Shown: one piece after another, positions 42,422 through 51,162 of the stretch | Layout of the letters: each line of letters begins with the position of its first letter | How positions within the stretch are numbered: the stretch's first letter is position 1 | IMG/VR virus record: IMGVR_UViG_2930936637_000001 | Location: 1,735 to 65,734 of that record | Source: a virus | DNA: 64,000 bases | Reading direction: 5' to 3' (one strand) | Notes under the pieces: model-generated | The model's input: the letters and a program-made list of their open reading frames with translations, nothing else | Databases searched by the model: none | What the model was told of the DNA's origin: nothing | Program-made: the position numbers and the translations under genes

Positions 42422-43309
42422 TTACCTCTCCTTAATCCGTAGTACGCGATTGCCTTTTTTGGTAAGTCGATTAGTAACGACGAAATGTTCTGACGTGCCA
42501 ACCTCAGTAGTTAGCATTGCCGCGCGAACCTTGTTTTCAGTTGTTTTGATATCATTGTTGTAAGTCTTGAGCCCCTCTTTGAGGTGTTCACGCTCAACCA
42601 GTAATTTATCCAAGTCATCATCTAAGATGATTGGCTGTCCTTCGGTCTTATGATGCAACTGCTTTAGAACATTGGTCGTTGAGTCGGACCCATCAACTTC
42701 CGGCGGAATGCCTTGGATAATGTGCTTATCCCACCAATCAACAATTTGCCGACGCATGGTAGCAATTAATTCATCATCTCTGTCTACCCGTTTAGTAATG
42801 AAGTGGTGTCCGCCGATTAGGGTTGCGAAGTAGCAGTAAGGACGATCAAGAACCATCATATAGTGTTGAACCTGTAGCAAGTATGCTGGTGGAATCTCAT
42901 CATCGACCCATTCTGAGGACTTAAATTCCATAGCTGTTTTGATTTCAAGGAAACCAGGCTCGCCAACGATATCCCGGTCGATGTCTGCCCGTAAAAAGTC
43001 ATACTCAGGATCAACGAATGTTTTGTTTTGACGATGGACCTTCTTACCAGTTTGTCGCTGAAACTCTTGAGCAATGATGGGCTCCATAATATTTCCCCAA
43101 TGGGTAAATTCATTACCACTATCATCAATTGGCAATTGGCCTGTTTTGTCGGCCCACACTTCGAACGGTGAACGCCAACTATTGAAGCCCAAAATAGCAG
43201 ACACATCTGAACCGCCAATTCCCTTACGGCGATGCTCTAGCCACTGATAGCGGTTCATCTTGTAGGTCATCTCGACCTTTGGACGTAAACGCTCTTTAAC
43301 TTCATCCAT
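42422..43309 (-). CDS. YqaJ-family exonuclease
   Basis: WLEHRRKGIGGSD, LEIKT, YLLQVQHYM. Confidence 0.93.
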   Translation of the reverse strand: MDEVKERLRPKVEMTYKMNRYQWLEHRRKGIGGSDVSAILGFNSWRSPFEVWADKTGQLPIDDSGNEFTHWGNIMEPIIAQEFQRQTGKKVHRQNKTFVDPEYDFLRADIDRDIVGEPGFLEIKTAMEFKSSEWVDDEIPPAYLLQVQHYMMVLDRPYCYFATLIGGHHFITKRVDRDDELIATMRRQIVDWWDKHIIQGIPPEVDGSDSTTNVLKQLHHKTEGQPIILDDDLDKLLVEREHLKEGLKTYNNDIKTTENKVRAAMLTTEVGTSEHFVVTNRLTKKGNRVLRIKER

Positions 43310-43632
43310 TATTTCTCCTCCTCAAACTTGTTACGGCCAAGATAGGTGACTAGTCGCACCTCTGGGCAGTACCCATAAAGTGCCAGTACAGCACTCTGAT
43401 AGCTGTCGTGACCGCCATCCTTGAAGTTTTCAAGGTAGTTATCAACGTCAATCAAGTCATTGTAGATATATGTTGGTTGTTCTTTGTCTTCAACGACCCA
43501 GTAGCGGCTATTGATCAGTAATGGCTCGCCGTTGGTATCTAACACTTCGGGAGCGACCGTGCTTGCATCGTCCTGGTGCCGGTACAACTGAGTATAAGAG
43601 GCTGTCATGCCACCTAATGCCATTGCAACCAC
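43309..43632 (-). CDS. Hypothetical protein
   Basis: Coupled to YqaJ gene. Confidence 0.6.
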   Translation of the reverse strand: MVAMALGGMTASYTQLYRHQDDASTVAPEVLDTNGEPLLINSRYWVVEDKEQPTYIYNDLIDVDNYLENFKDGGHDSYQSAVLALYGYCPEVRLVTYLGRNKFEEEK

Positions 43633-43732
43633 CGCCCGTCTGAGGTAGAATTGATATTGAAAAAGTATGATAAATGTAATTTATCTTCGAGTTCTGAGCT
43701 GCCACTCAGAGCTCTTTTTTTATGCCATAAGA

Positions 43733-43930
43733 TCATTGTTTAATTACCTCCAGTCCTTTGATACTTCGTTCAATCGTCTCTTTGTTTTGCGTTGTGATAG
43801 TCACAATTGGGCTGCCAGTATTACGGTCATTGTGAATGTTGATCACTCGACCAACGCCTGCTGACTCTATCGTGTCACCGATAAACACGTAGGCTCCATA
43901 TCTGACGATGTCACCAACATTAATTCTCAT
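43733..43930 (-). CDS. Hypothetical protein (SH3/KOW-like)
   Basis: INVGDIV, small beta protein. Confidence 0.55.
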   Translation of the reverse strand: MRINVGDIVRYGAYVFIGDTIESAGVGRVINIHNDRNTGSPIVTITTQNKETIERSIKGLEVIKQ

Positions 43931-44084
43931 GTTGATTCCCCAATCCGAAGAAATCTCTTATAGCTGGTCCCCAACCGCCTTGGTCGTGTACATATTCGGA
44001 TAACTTAAATCCTGCCAACATAGCCAAGAAAATAAAGCCGATCCAAGTGACACATTCACCAACATAGTAATAAAACAAGTCCAT
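43920..44084 (-). CDS. 54-aa membrane protein (absent from ORF track)
   Basis: MDLFYYYVGECVTWIGFIFLAMLAG...; ATG after GGAGGG. Confidence 0.55.
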   Translation of the reverse strand: MDLFYYYVGECVTWIGFIFLAMLAGFKLSEYVHDQGGWGPAIRDFFGLGNQHEN

Positions 44085-44095
44085 CTTTATCCCTC

Positions 44096-44359
44096 CTACA
44101 CATTGCCAACTCGATATTTCAACATAAGTGCATCTAAGTCATCCTTATTAACTACCGTGATTCCCCCTATCACCGTCGTAGGTACTAACCCAGCGTCTCT
44201 CCACTTTTTAAAAGTCTTTGCTGTAATGCTGACATAATCGGGCGCTTGTTCTAATCGCAGGTATTGTGGTTGAACTTTTGGTTTTCCAGTCAGCTTAATA
44301 ATTAATTTCTTTAGTTCATCAAAGTCTTCTTTCGTGATGCCGTCATCCATTTTGACCAC
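44096..44359 (-). CDS. Excisionase-like HTH protein
   Basis: QYLRLEQAPDYV...TFKKW...DLDALM (HTH_17-like). Confidence 0.65.
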   Translation of the reverse strand: MVKMDDGITKEDFDELKKLIIKLTGKPKVQPQYLRLEQAPDYVSITAKTFKKWRDAGLVPTTVIGGITVVNKDDLDALMLKYRVGNV

Positions 44360-44886
44360 CCTCCTTTATGCTTGTTGGTTTCATGGACAATCTGTAGCAT
44401 GTCCTGTTGGGACACATCTTCAAACTGACCATTAAAAAGTAGCTCCATACTGATCAGTTTGATTCGCTCGTAGCTGTATTGCTCAGCTTTCTTGCATTGA
44501 TCATGAGTCCATTTTTCACGTGGCCGGTCTCGCATAAATGTTTTGACTTGCCGTCGCAGCTCTATAACCGCCGCACGTTGATCGTCGATGGCGTCTAGCG
44601 TGGCAAAAGGCGCATCCCTGAACTTAGGCGACCAATCTTCCGTATCGTACATTTGAATGGCTTCAAAGTAAGCCGCTGCCATCTGATTACTAAACCGGTA
44701 ATCTCGTAAGTAAGTCGCATCCTTCACCGCATTAGCAGCCGTTGTATCTACTGTGTGACGATTATTAGCAATGCCTTGGGCCGTTTGTCCGGTATCTTCT
44801 GCCATAAGCTTGGCTGAAACGTTATTACGCTTCATGGCGCTATCGAAAAATGTACGGATGTCACGAGATGTTTTTATCACATCCAT
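44311..44886 (-). CDS. Hypothetical early protein
   Basis: ATG after GGAGG. Confidence 0.6.
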   Translation of the reverse strand: MDVIKTSRDIRTFFDSAMKRNNVSAKLMAEDTGQTAQGIANNRHTVDTTAANAVKDATYLRDYRFSNQMAAAYFEAIQMYDTEDWSPKFRDAPFATLDAIDDQRAAVIELRRQVKTFMRDRPREKWTHDQCKKAEQYSYERIKLISMELLFNGQFEDVSQQDMLQIVHETNKHKGGWSKWMTASRKKTLMN

Positions 44887-44946
44887 TACAACTGCCTCCT
44901 TGTGTTTCGACTGATGTACTACAAGTGCTTGTAGTACATAATTTAA

Positions 44947-45141
44947 TTAGAATGAAAACTCTAAGTCTTCTTCATTCAAACCGACTTGTTGATTAAGAAC
45001 CTTACCAGCGTCCTTAAACAGATGATTCAAACGCTTATCTTGCTCACCTGGTAAATCGTCAGCCGCAAGCATAGCTTTTAGCTGACTATCAGTCAGTCCT
45101 AACGTATCCTTGATAGTTTTGATCTTTTCCTGTCGCGTCAT
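44947..45141 (-). CDS. Hypothetical early protein
   Basis: ATG after AGGAGG. Confidence 0.6.
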   Translation of the reverse strand: MTRQEKIKTIKDTLGLTDSQLKAMLAADDLPGEQDKRLNHLFKDAGKVLNQQVGLNEEDLEFSF

Positions 45142-45213
45142 CTTGACACCTCCTTTAATCTGAAAATCCTCTTACCAGTAGTACAACAACGGCAATTCCT
45201 AGAAGACTGGCCA

Positions 45214-45462
45214 TCAGCTCACCTCCTCAGTAGAAACAATAGTTTCTGAATCAGTAACTTTTTGGGTAAATAGCTTTGTAATCGGAATTCCCAACACTTT
45301 ATGAAGCATCGGAATTGTATTAGCATCGAACGCATACTTTCCGCTCTCGTATCGAGAATAGTTGGCCTTACTGCCCATGTCTAGGTAATCAGCCATATCT
45401 TGCTGGGTCAATTTCAATTCAATTCGACGACTTTTTATTAGACGCAAATCAAGTTCAATCAT
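45214..45462 (-). CDS. Cro-like HTH repressor
   Basis: LTQQDMADYL, YSRYESG; divergent from CI. Confidence 0.88.
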   Translation of the reverse strand: MIELDLRLIKSRRIELKLTQQDMADYLDMGSKANYSRYESGKYAFDANTIPMLHKVLGIPITKLFTQKVTDSETIVSTEEVS

Positions 45463-45490
45463 TCTTCATCCTCCTTTTTGCTTCTTTTTG

Positions 45491-45623
45491 GTTACTGATA
45501 TGTTAACTATGACTATATATTAGGTTACTGGTTTAGTAATGTCAAGAAAAATCGTTACTTTTTTAGAAACTTTTTGTTTCCAAAAAAGCAACCGTGCTAT
45601 CATTTAGTTGTCAATACAGTAAC
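45491..45623. promoter_or_regulatory. Genetic switch with five 17-bp operators (GTTACT-N5-AGTAAC consensus)
   Basis: Sites at 45491, 45524, 45554, 45576, 45607; leftward TTGACA at 45540-45545; sixth site at 45242. Confidence 0.75.
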
Positions 45624-45639
45624 GAAAGTGAGGCCAATC

Positions 45640-46008
45640 ATGGATAAAGATTTAATTTCTAGAATTATTGACTTACGAGAATCACGCAATTGGACCCAAA
45701 AAGACCTCGCAGATAAGATGGGGTTCAACAAGGTAACAATGAACAAGATAGAACACGGGAATCGAAACATAACCAATTCTGAACTTGCTAAGTTCGCAGA
45801 CATCTTTGAAGTCACCACAGATTATCTCCTTGGTAAAAATAGCACTCCTGTGTGGGCTAACGAAAAGGATACAAACGACTTAGAAAAATTTCTTACAGAT
45901 AACAAGGGGTCCATGACTTATGGCGGTGAGGATCTCACAGAAGAAGAAAAAGAGCAAGTGCGTGTGGCGATGACAACCATTTTCTGGAAGCGCCACAAGC
46001 ACGACTAG
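45640..46008 (+). CDS. CI-like repressor (ImmR type, no peptidase domain)
   Basis: ATG 45640; WTQKDLAD, KIEHG, VTTDYLLG. Confidence 0.9.
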   Translation: MDKDLISRIIDLRESRNWTQKDLADKMGFNKVTMNKIEHGNRNITNSELAKFADIFEVTTDYLLGKNSTPVWANEKDTNDLEKFLTDNKGSMTYGGEDLTEEEKEQVRVAMTTIFWKRHKHD

Positions 46009-46019
46009 GGGCTGATTGT

Positions 46020-46436
46020 TTGGAAAAGATAAGTAACGTTGCGAAAACAGTAATGAATCGATACCACACCGCCAATCCCTTTACAATTGCAGAAAGACTC
46101 AATATTCAAGTCGAATGGTGCTTGTTTGGCCATTATCCACTAGGAAAAACTGTCTATGATGGCGACCAACCTGTTGTTATGCTCAATACAACAATTAGAC
46201 ATACCCCTACCCAATACTTTGTTATGGGCCACGAGCTAGGCCACGCCATCCTTCAAGAAGGTCTGGTCGGCTACTATACAAGTAGCAACAAGGCTCACGG
46301 GCAACTTGAAACTGAGGCAGACGAGTTTTCGGCCGCACTGATGGGCCTATTATTCATTGAAGATAACGACCGTTTGCCGAGCTCTTATGATGACCTGGCT
46401 CATCAATATGGCCTACCGTTTGGAAACGATATTTAA
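46020..46436 (+). CDS. immA: ImmA/IrrE-family metallopeptidase
   Basis: HELGH motif, ETEADEFSA. Confidence 0.9.
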   Translation: MEKISNVAKTVMNRYHTANPFTIAERLNIQVEWCLFGHYPLGKTVYDGDQPVVMLNTTIRHTPTQYFVMGHELGHAILQEGLVGYYTSSNKAHGQLETEADEFSAALMGLLFIEDNDRLPSSYDDLAHQYGLPFGNDI

Positions 46437-46448
46437 GGAGGAAGTATC

Positions 46449-46997
46449 TTGAATCTGAAACGTTTAGCTATACTTGCAATGCCCTTTCTGCTTCTGACGT
46501 TGACTGGGTGTTCAGGAACAAAAGATTCTTCTAGCAATTCCTCAAGCTCGTCTAAATCCTCACAGGACGATAGCTACGATTTGCCTACTAGTGATGCATT
46601 TACCAAAGCAGTAAACAAAGCAAAAAATATGGATACCTTAAAAAGAACTACAGCAGAAGAAAATGATGCCAATATCCGGTATTCAGACATCGTTGGTAGT
46701 TCCGATCGGGATAAGTACGCTGGAAAAGCTAAAATTGTCACTGGTACAGTAACTGGTAAAAAAAGTACAACTGCAAAGGATAATTACATGTATTTCGTTC
46801 CTGATACGGCTAACTCGAAACATGCATATTGGGTCTATACTAACAAAAAAGGAATTAGAACCGATGATACTTTGATGGTCCACGGCGTCATTGTCGGTAA
46901 AGTAACCTATACCAACGGTAACGGCAATCGTCGCAACGGGGTTATTGTTGCTGCGGCTGCAAAAGACATTCAAAATAACGGTGCAGTTGGAAAATAG
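46449..46997 (+). CDS. Lipoprotein with OB-fold-like domain (lysogeny module)
   Basis: Lipobox LTGC, Ser-rich linker. Confidence 0.75.
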   Translation: MNLKRLAILAMPFLLLTLTGCSGTKDSSSNSSSSSKSSQDDSYDLPTSDAFTKAVNKAKNMDTLKRTTAEENDANIRYSDIVGSSDRDKYAGKAKIVTGTVTGKKSTTAKDNYMYFVPDTANSKHAYWVYTNKKGIRTDDTLMVHGVIVGKVTYTNGNGNRRNGVIVAAAAKDIQNNGAVGK

Positions 46998-47056
46998 TCC
47001 ATTTGTCCAAACCTGATGACGTTAAAAGCTGACTACATATTCATAGGAGGTTCGTT

Positions 47057-47308
47057 GTGAAAAGTATCAAAAAGAGTATTACGGTAGTTGCATTGTCCTT
47101 CACCTTATTTATGGGTGGCACAGCTCCTATTGTTCCAAACGTCACTACTGCTCACGCAAAAACTACATACGTTTGGATTGCACCCAAGCATGGAAAGAAG
47201 TATCACTTCAATAAACATTGTCGCGGTTTGAAACACGCTTCATATAAAAAGCACGTTTCATTGCATTGGGCAAAAAAACATGGATATTCAAGGTGTCATT
47301 TTGAATAA
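47057..47308 (+). CDS. Small secreted His/Cys-rich protein
   Basis: Signal peptide AHA-K; VWIAPKHGKKYH...HCRGL...C. Confidence 0.7.
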   Translation: MKSIKKSITVVALSFTLFMGGTAPIVPNVTTAHAKTTYVWIAPKHGKKYHFNKHCRGLKHASYKKHVSLHWAKKHGYSRCHFE

Positions 47309-47310
47309 CA

Positions 47311-47355
47311 GCTTCTGTCCGGTGACTCCCCTCGGTTCGATTCCGGGGAGAAGCA
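47311..47355 (+). ncRNA. tRNA minihelix-like remnant (acceptor stem plus T arm)
   Basis: GCTTCT/AGAAGC stem; CTCGG-TTCGATT-CCGGG T arm. Confidence 0.45.
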
Positions 47356-47358
47356 TTT

Positions 47359-47432
47359 GGATCTTTAGCTCAGGTGGTTAGAGTAGACGGCTCATAACCG
47401 TTCGGTCGTAGGTTCGAGTTCAACAAGGTCCA
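47359..47432 (+). tRNA. tRNA with CAT anticodon, Ile2-like, weakened T stem
   Basis: Full cloverleaf GGATCTT/AAGGTCC, GACGG-CTCATAA-CCGTT; T stem has an A-A mismatch; no encoded CCA. Confidence 0.72.
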
Positions 47433-47480
47433 TAGCAATACAAGAGATCCCTATCCGGGATTTTCTTTTTTGCCACCTAT

Positions 47481-47494
47481 AGAACATATGTTTG
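47481..47494 (+). promoter_or_regulatory. LexA-box-like site upstream of integrase
   Basis: AGAACATATGTTTG, one mismatch to GAAC-N4-GTTC. Confidence 0.5.
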
Positions 47495-47530
47495 CGTATT
47501 TCAACTATTGATATACAAGGAGGAATCATT

Positions 47531-48736
47531 ATGTCAAGAAGACGTCGTAACCCTGCCATAAAATCATATAAGTTAAAAGATGGAACGGAGAAATTCGAGT
47601 TTCAACTATATATTGGAATCAATCCTAACACTGGTAAGGAACAAAGAACTAGACGACGTGGATTTTCCACATTCGAAGAGGCCGATGCCACCTACAACCA
47701 GTTGCTAACTGAAATTGATAATGGTACCTATGCCCAGAGAAAAAAGCAGGATTTGGCTACTTTTGAGGATGTGTACAAATCATGGCTAGACACTTATATC
47801 CCCACGGTTAAACCATCAACAGCAAACAAGACTCAAGAATGGTTTCGAGATCATATCATCACAGAATTTGGAGATAAGTTAATAGATAAAATTACGCCCG
47901 CTGATTGTCAAAAATCCATGAACAACTGGTCAAAAAATCTGGTTCGTTACAAAACTTTTGGCAACTACGCTAGCCGCGTTTTTCATTATGCTGTAGTTCT
48001 TGGCTTGCGTGATGATGATCCTATGAAACGAATTGTAGTTCCTAAAAGTGGGAAGAAATCTACACGTAACGCCAAAGAAAACTTTTGGGATAGGCAAGAA
48101 CTCCAACGCTTTTTACATCAGCTTGAGCATGAATCACTTGAGAAGCAAACCATGTTCCACATGCTTGCTTTTACTGGCCTGCGACGTGGAGAATTACTCG
48201 CCTTAAAATGGCGAGATATCAACTTGAAAGATAAAACTTTGGCTGTCACTAAGACCCTAATCCAACCCAATAATGACACACGTATGAAATCTAAAAACGA
48301 CGAGCAAACCCCTAAAACTCGAGCTGGAAATCGTGTTGTTCCCATTGATGACACCACTCTAAAGCTTTTGAAGTCTTGGCAAGTAGAACAACGCAAACTA
48401 CTCGGTCAAGGAAAACGTATCAAGCTTAATCAGCTGATCTTCACAACAGCTGATAATAAACACCTTCCCCTTCCCCAACCTGGCAAGTGGTTAGATGCCA
48501 TCATTACAAAAATCAACACCACTAGTAAAATACCTTTAAAGCGAATTACCACTCATGGATTCAGACACACCTTTGCCACTTTACTTTATGAATCTGATCC
48601 CCGGATTACTCCCAAAGATGTGCAAAAAATTCTCGGTCACGACACAGTCCAGGTAACTATGGACATTTACACTCATGCCACTCAAGAAGGTCAAAAACGC
48701 GTCACAGAATCCTTATCCAAATTCATGGACCTCTGA
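47531..48736 (+). CDS. int: Tyrosine integrase
   Basis: ATG 47531 after GGAGG; GLRRGE, HGFRHT, LGH, DIY catalytic residues; N-terminal arm-binding domain. Confidence 0.96.
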   Translation: MSRRRRNPAIKSYKLKDGTEKFEFQLYIGINPNTGKEQRTRRRGFSTFEEADATYNQLLTEIDNGTYAQRKKQDLATFEDVYKSWLDTYIPTVKPSTANKTQEWFRDHIITEFGDKLIDKITPADCQKSMNNWSKNLVRYKTFGNYASRVFHYAVVLGLRDDDPMKRIVVPKSGKKSTRNAKENFWDRQELQRFLHQLEHESLEKQTMFHMLAFTGLRRGELLALKWRDINLKDKTLAVTKTLIQPNNDTRMKSKNDEQTPKTRAGNRVVPIDDTTLKLLKSWQVEQRKLLGQGKRIKLNQLIFTTADNKHLPLPQPGKWLDAIITKINTTSKIPLKRITTHGFRHTFATLLYESDPRITPKDVQKILGHDTVQVTMDIYTHATQEGQKRVTESLSKFMDL

Positions 48737-48802
48737 CGTATCCAAATAAATTGGCTACGGATTTGGCTACGTTAAAGTACCATATTAATGCGTATTATTT
48801 CC

Positions 48803-48844
48803 AAATAAAAAAGCAGGAACCCTTATATTTAGGGGTTCCTGCTT
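48803..48844. terminator. Hairpin terminator in the attP arm
   Basis: AAGCAGGAACCC / GGGTTCCTGCTT with T tract on minus strand. Confidence 0.75.
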
Positions 48845-48871
48845 GCTATTTCGTACCAATTCTTTTGCCTT

Positions 48872-48885
48872 AAGGAGAGTACAGG
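48872..48885. repeat. att core with phage DNA on both sides (attP-type junction)
   Basis: Identical to 2925-2938; left flank is int arm, right flank repeats 2939 onward. Confidence 0.88.
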
Positions 48886-49052
48886 TCTTAAATCTATTGT
48901 CGTCAAGAATACCTACAACACCCTTTTTATAGCCATTAATCGACTCTTGTTAATTTCTTTGGCTACGGATTTGGCTACGGTTATTCTCAAATAACGATGT
49001 TTATTTGATTTTCAGAACGTTTGTTCGTATAATTAAATGTGAGGTGATAGCC

Positions 49053-49310
49053 ATGGAACAACAACCACTTAATGGAACCCTTGAAAGCGATCCCCGAACT
49101 ATCAAGCTAAGCCCCCTGCTCCTTTATGTAAAGATACGTGACTCCAAAACAAGCGAGCTAGTCAATTGTTTGGTACATGCTCACGCTTTGGATTTTCTTT
49201 ATCGTGCAGAGAAAGGATCAACTGTTGCTCTGTTTGGGCATTACAATAGTAGAAAACAGTTTGTGATCACCAAATACGCATTCTGCGCTACAACTGTGAC
49301 TACAGCATAA
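49053..49310 (+). CDS. Copy of 3106..3363
   Basis: Identical translation. Confidence 0.7.
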   Translation: MEQQPLNGTLESDPRTIKLSPLLLYVKIRDSKTSELVNCLVHAHALDFLYRAEKGSTVALFGHYNSRKQFVITKYAFCATTVTTA

Positions 49311-49330
49311 TGATGATGAGGTGATATTTA

Positions 49331-49678
49331 GTGATACAAATAGAGAATGATGCAAAGATTATCAATAAGCGAATCGACGCTAGTTTTAAACGGCTCATCA
49401 ACACGCGTTATCAAATTAATGTAGTTTTCAACCATTACTCCAACACATTCAATTTTCTTATGTACGTAGCTCATCCTAAAAAGCGTTCTCGATCGATCCC
49501 CTTGCACACTGTAGAAACAGATGATCTTGTCTATCTGGAATCCCTAATCAAACGAATTCGCGCACACACCCAACTGACCATCACTTACACTGGATTTGTC
49601 GGCGAGAAGTGGCCATCAGACTTGCGGCCTATTCAGAGAACAGTAGGCGTTCATGAAGACAAACAGTATCTAAAATAA
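49331..49678 (+). CDS. Copy of 3384..3731
   Basis: Identical translation. Confidence 0.75.
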   Translation: MIQIENDAKIINKRIDASFKRLINTRYQINVVFNHYSNTFNFLMYVAHPKKRSRSIPLHTVETDDLVYLESLIKRIRAHTQLTITYTGFVGEKWPSDLRPIQRTVGVHEDKQYLK

Positions 49679-49761
49679 GATCAGTCCCATTGTGATACTG
49701 ATCTTATTTTTAGTTTTTCGGAACTATCTAAATGCTATACTTAGCTTAGGGGGGAATTACA

Positions 49762-50130
49762 ATGAAATTTGATTACAAATATGCGCTAATAAATTCTTCG
49801 GTATTGATACCATTCGCAATGTTTTTTGGCACAGCTTCTTGTATTTCGTCTGCCACCCTACTGGCATGCTATGCTATTACTCTAGCCATTTTGTATTGTA
49901 TTTACTATGTTAAATTAGAAGTTCCTTTGAAAAAGAAGCATCCTTCACTTTATGAATCTAATAGAACAACTCCAACGGCGGTTACAAACCTAATAGTCTT
50001 CTTAACTGTTTTGTTGGTAATTTTTTTTATAAGTGTTAACTCCTCTGGTGCCTGGATTTTTCCATCCATATTACTTATTAGATGGGTTAGAGATGGATTT
50101 TCAAAGCCATTGGAAAAGTGGTGTTCCTAG
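49762..50130 (+). CDS. Copy of membrane moron 3815..4183
   Basis: Identical translation. Confidence 0.75.
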   Translation: MKFDYKYALINSSVLIPFAMFFGTASCISSATLLACYAITLAILYCIYYVKLEVPLKKKHPSLYESNRTTPTAVTNLIVFLTVLLVIFFISVNSSGAWIFPSILLIRWVRDGFSKPLEKWCS

Positions 50131-50263
50131 ATGATGGATTCATAAATACACCTTTTATGGCAAACTGTAAAAGCCACACATGCGATGTTAATAGTTTGCC
50201 TTTTTATTTGAAAAATGACAACACAAAAAGCCACCCACCTCCTAAGAGATGAGTGGCCTTTAA

Positions 50264-50869
50264 CTATCTGTCTAATTCTGACACAATATTTAACACAACG
50301 CTAATAGGAATAAACATTGGGTATGCACACAACATTATATCAACCTTATCATAGTCCTTATGCAGGTACCCGAAATGGTACTTTTGATAAAATTCAACTG
50401 CTCCTGCCAATGCAGAAACCGTAATTCCCGTCGTACCTATCCCCAATGAAAATCTTACATTTATAACAGTTCGGAATAAGTCTAACAACATGTTAGCCCC
50501 GTAATCTTGGCCCTGAAATCTTTTGTTTACACCAAGCCATGCAATTTCAATTGCAGGGTAAGAGATTGTCCTCATATCGTCTTCATCATCAGTACTAATT
50601 GTCTTAAAAATTTTCATATCCTGATATCCTTTAACCTCAACGATACTGCTGGTCAGGGAATAAAACCCGGCAATATCAGATTTATCATCTGAATAAAAGA
50701 CAGTTGTAGAAAACAAATTCTTCTGTTCCTTATCAATTGCATCATTTTGCAAGAAATTATTAACGGATTCTTCTCCACAATCAAAATTATCCAGAGACTT
50801 GATATTTTGAACATCTAAAATGTTCGAACTAACGAGCTTCAAACTTGTGTGTTGCCTTTCTAAAGGCAT
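50264..50869 (-). CDS. Copy of GNAT acetyltransferase
   Basis: Identical translation. Confidence 0.85.
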   Translation of the reverse strand: MPLERQHTSLKLVSSNILDVQNIKSLDNFDCGEESVNNFLQNDAIDKEQKNLFSTTVFYSDDKSDIAGFYSLTSSIVEVKGYQDMKIFKTISTDDEDDMRTISYPAIEIAWLGVNKRFQGQDYGANMLLDLFRTVINVRFSLGIGTTGITVSALAGAVEFYQKYHFGYLHKDYDKVDIMLCAYPMFIPISVVLNIVSELDR

Positions 50870-51011
50870 TCACCGCCTGATTAATTTCCACTCGTTGGAC
50901 AATGGTTTCATTATCCTTGCGAGGCATGATTGTGCTTAATACATCTTTAAGCTCACCAGAACTGTTAACATGAATTACATGTTTAAATCCATTACCCTGA
51001 ATAGCAGCCAT
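50829..51011 (-). CDS. Copy of putative antitoxin
   Basis: Identical translation. Confidence 0.6.
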   Translation of the reverse strand: MAAIQGNGFKHVIHVNSSGELKDVLSTIMPRKDNETIVQRVEINQAVNAFRKATHKFEAR

Positions 51012-51162
51012 AGTAATCCCTCCAATCACAATACTAATGCGCTACTAAAGAAGACAATTTTACTCCATTGCTTCTATAAATAAGTATAGACGATAGTATC
51101 AGCAATTGTAAACAACTTGCTTAAATTCTTTATCAATTTGCTCACAATTATTATCTTTTTCT

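Larger units (their letters stand above)
2925..48885 (-). mobile_element. Complete temperate prophage, contractile tail, 45,947-bp unit
   Basis: Full module set from integrase to lysin bounded by a repeated att core. Confidence 0.95.
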
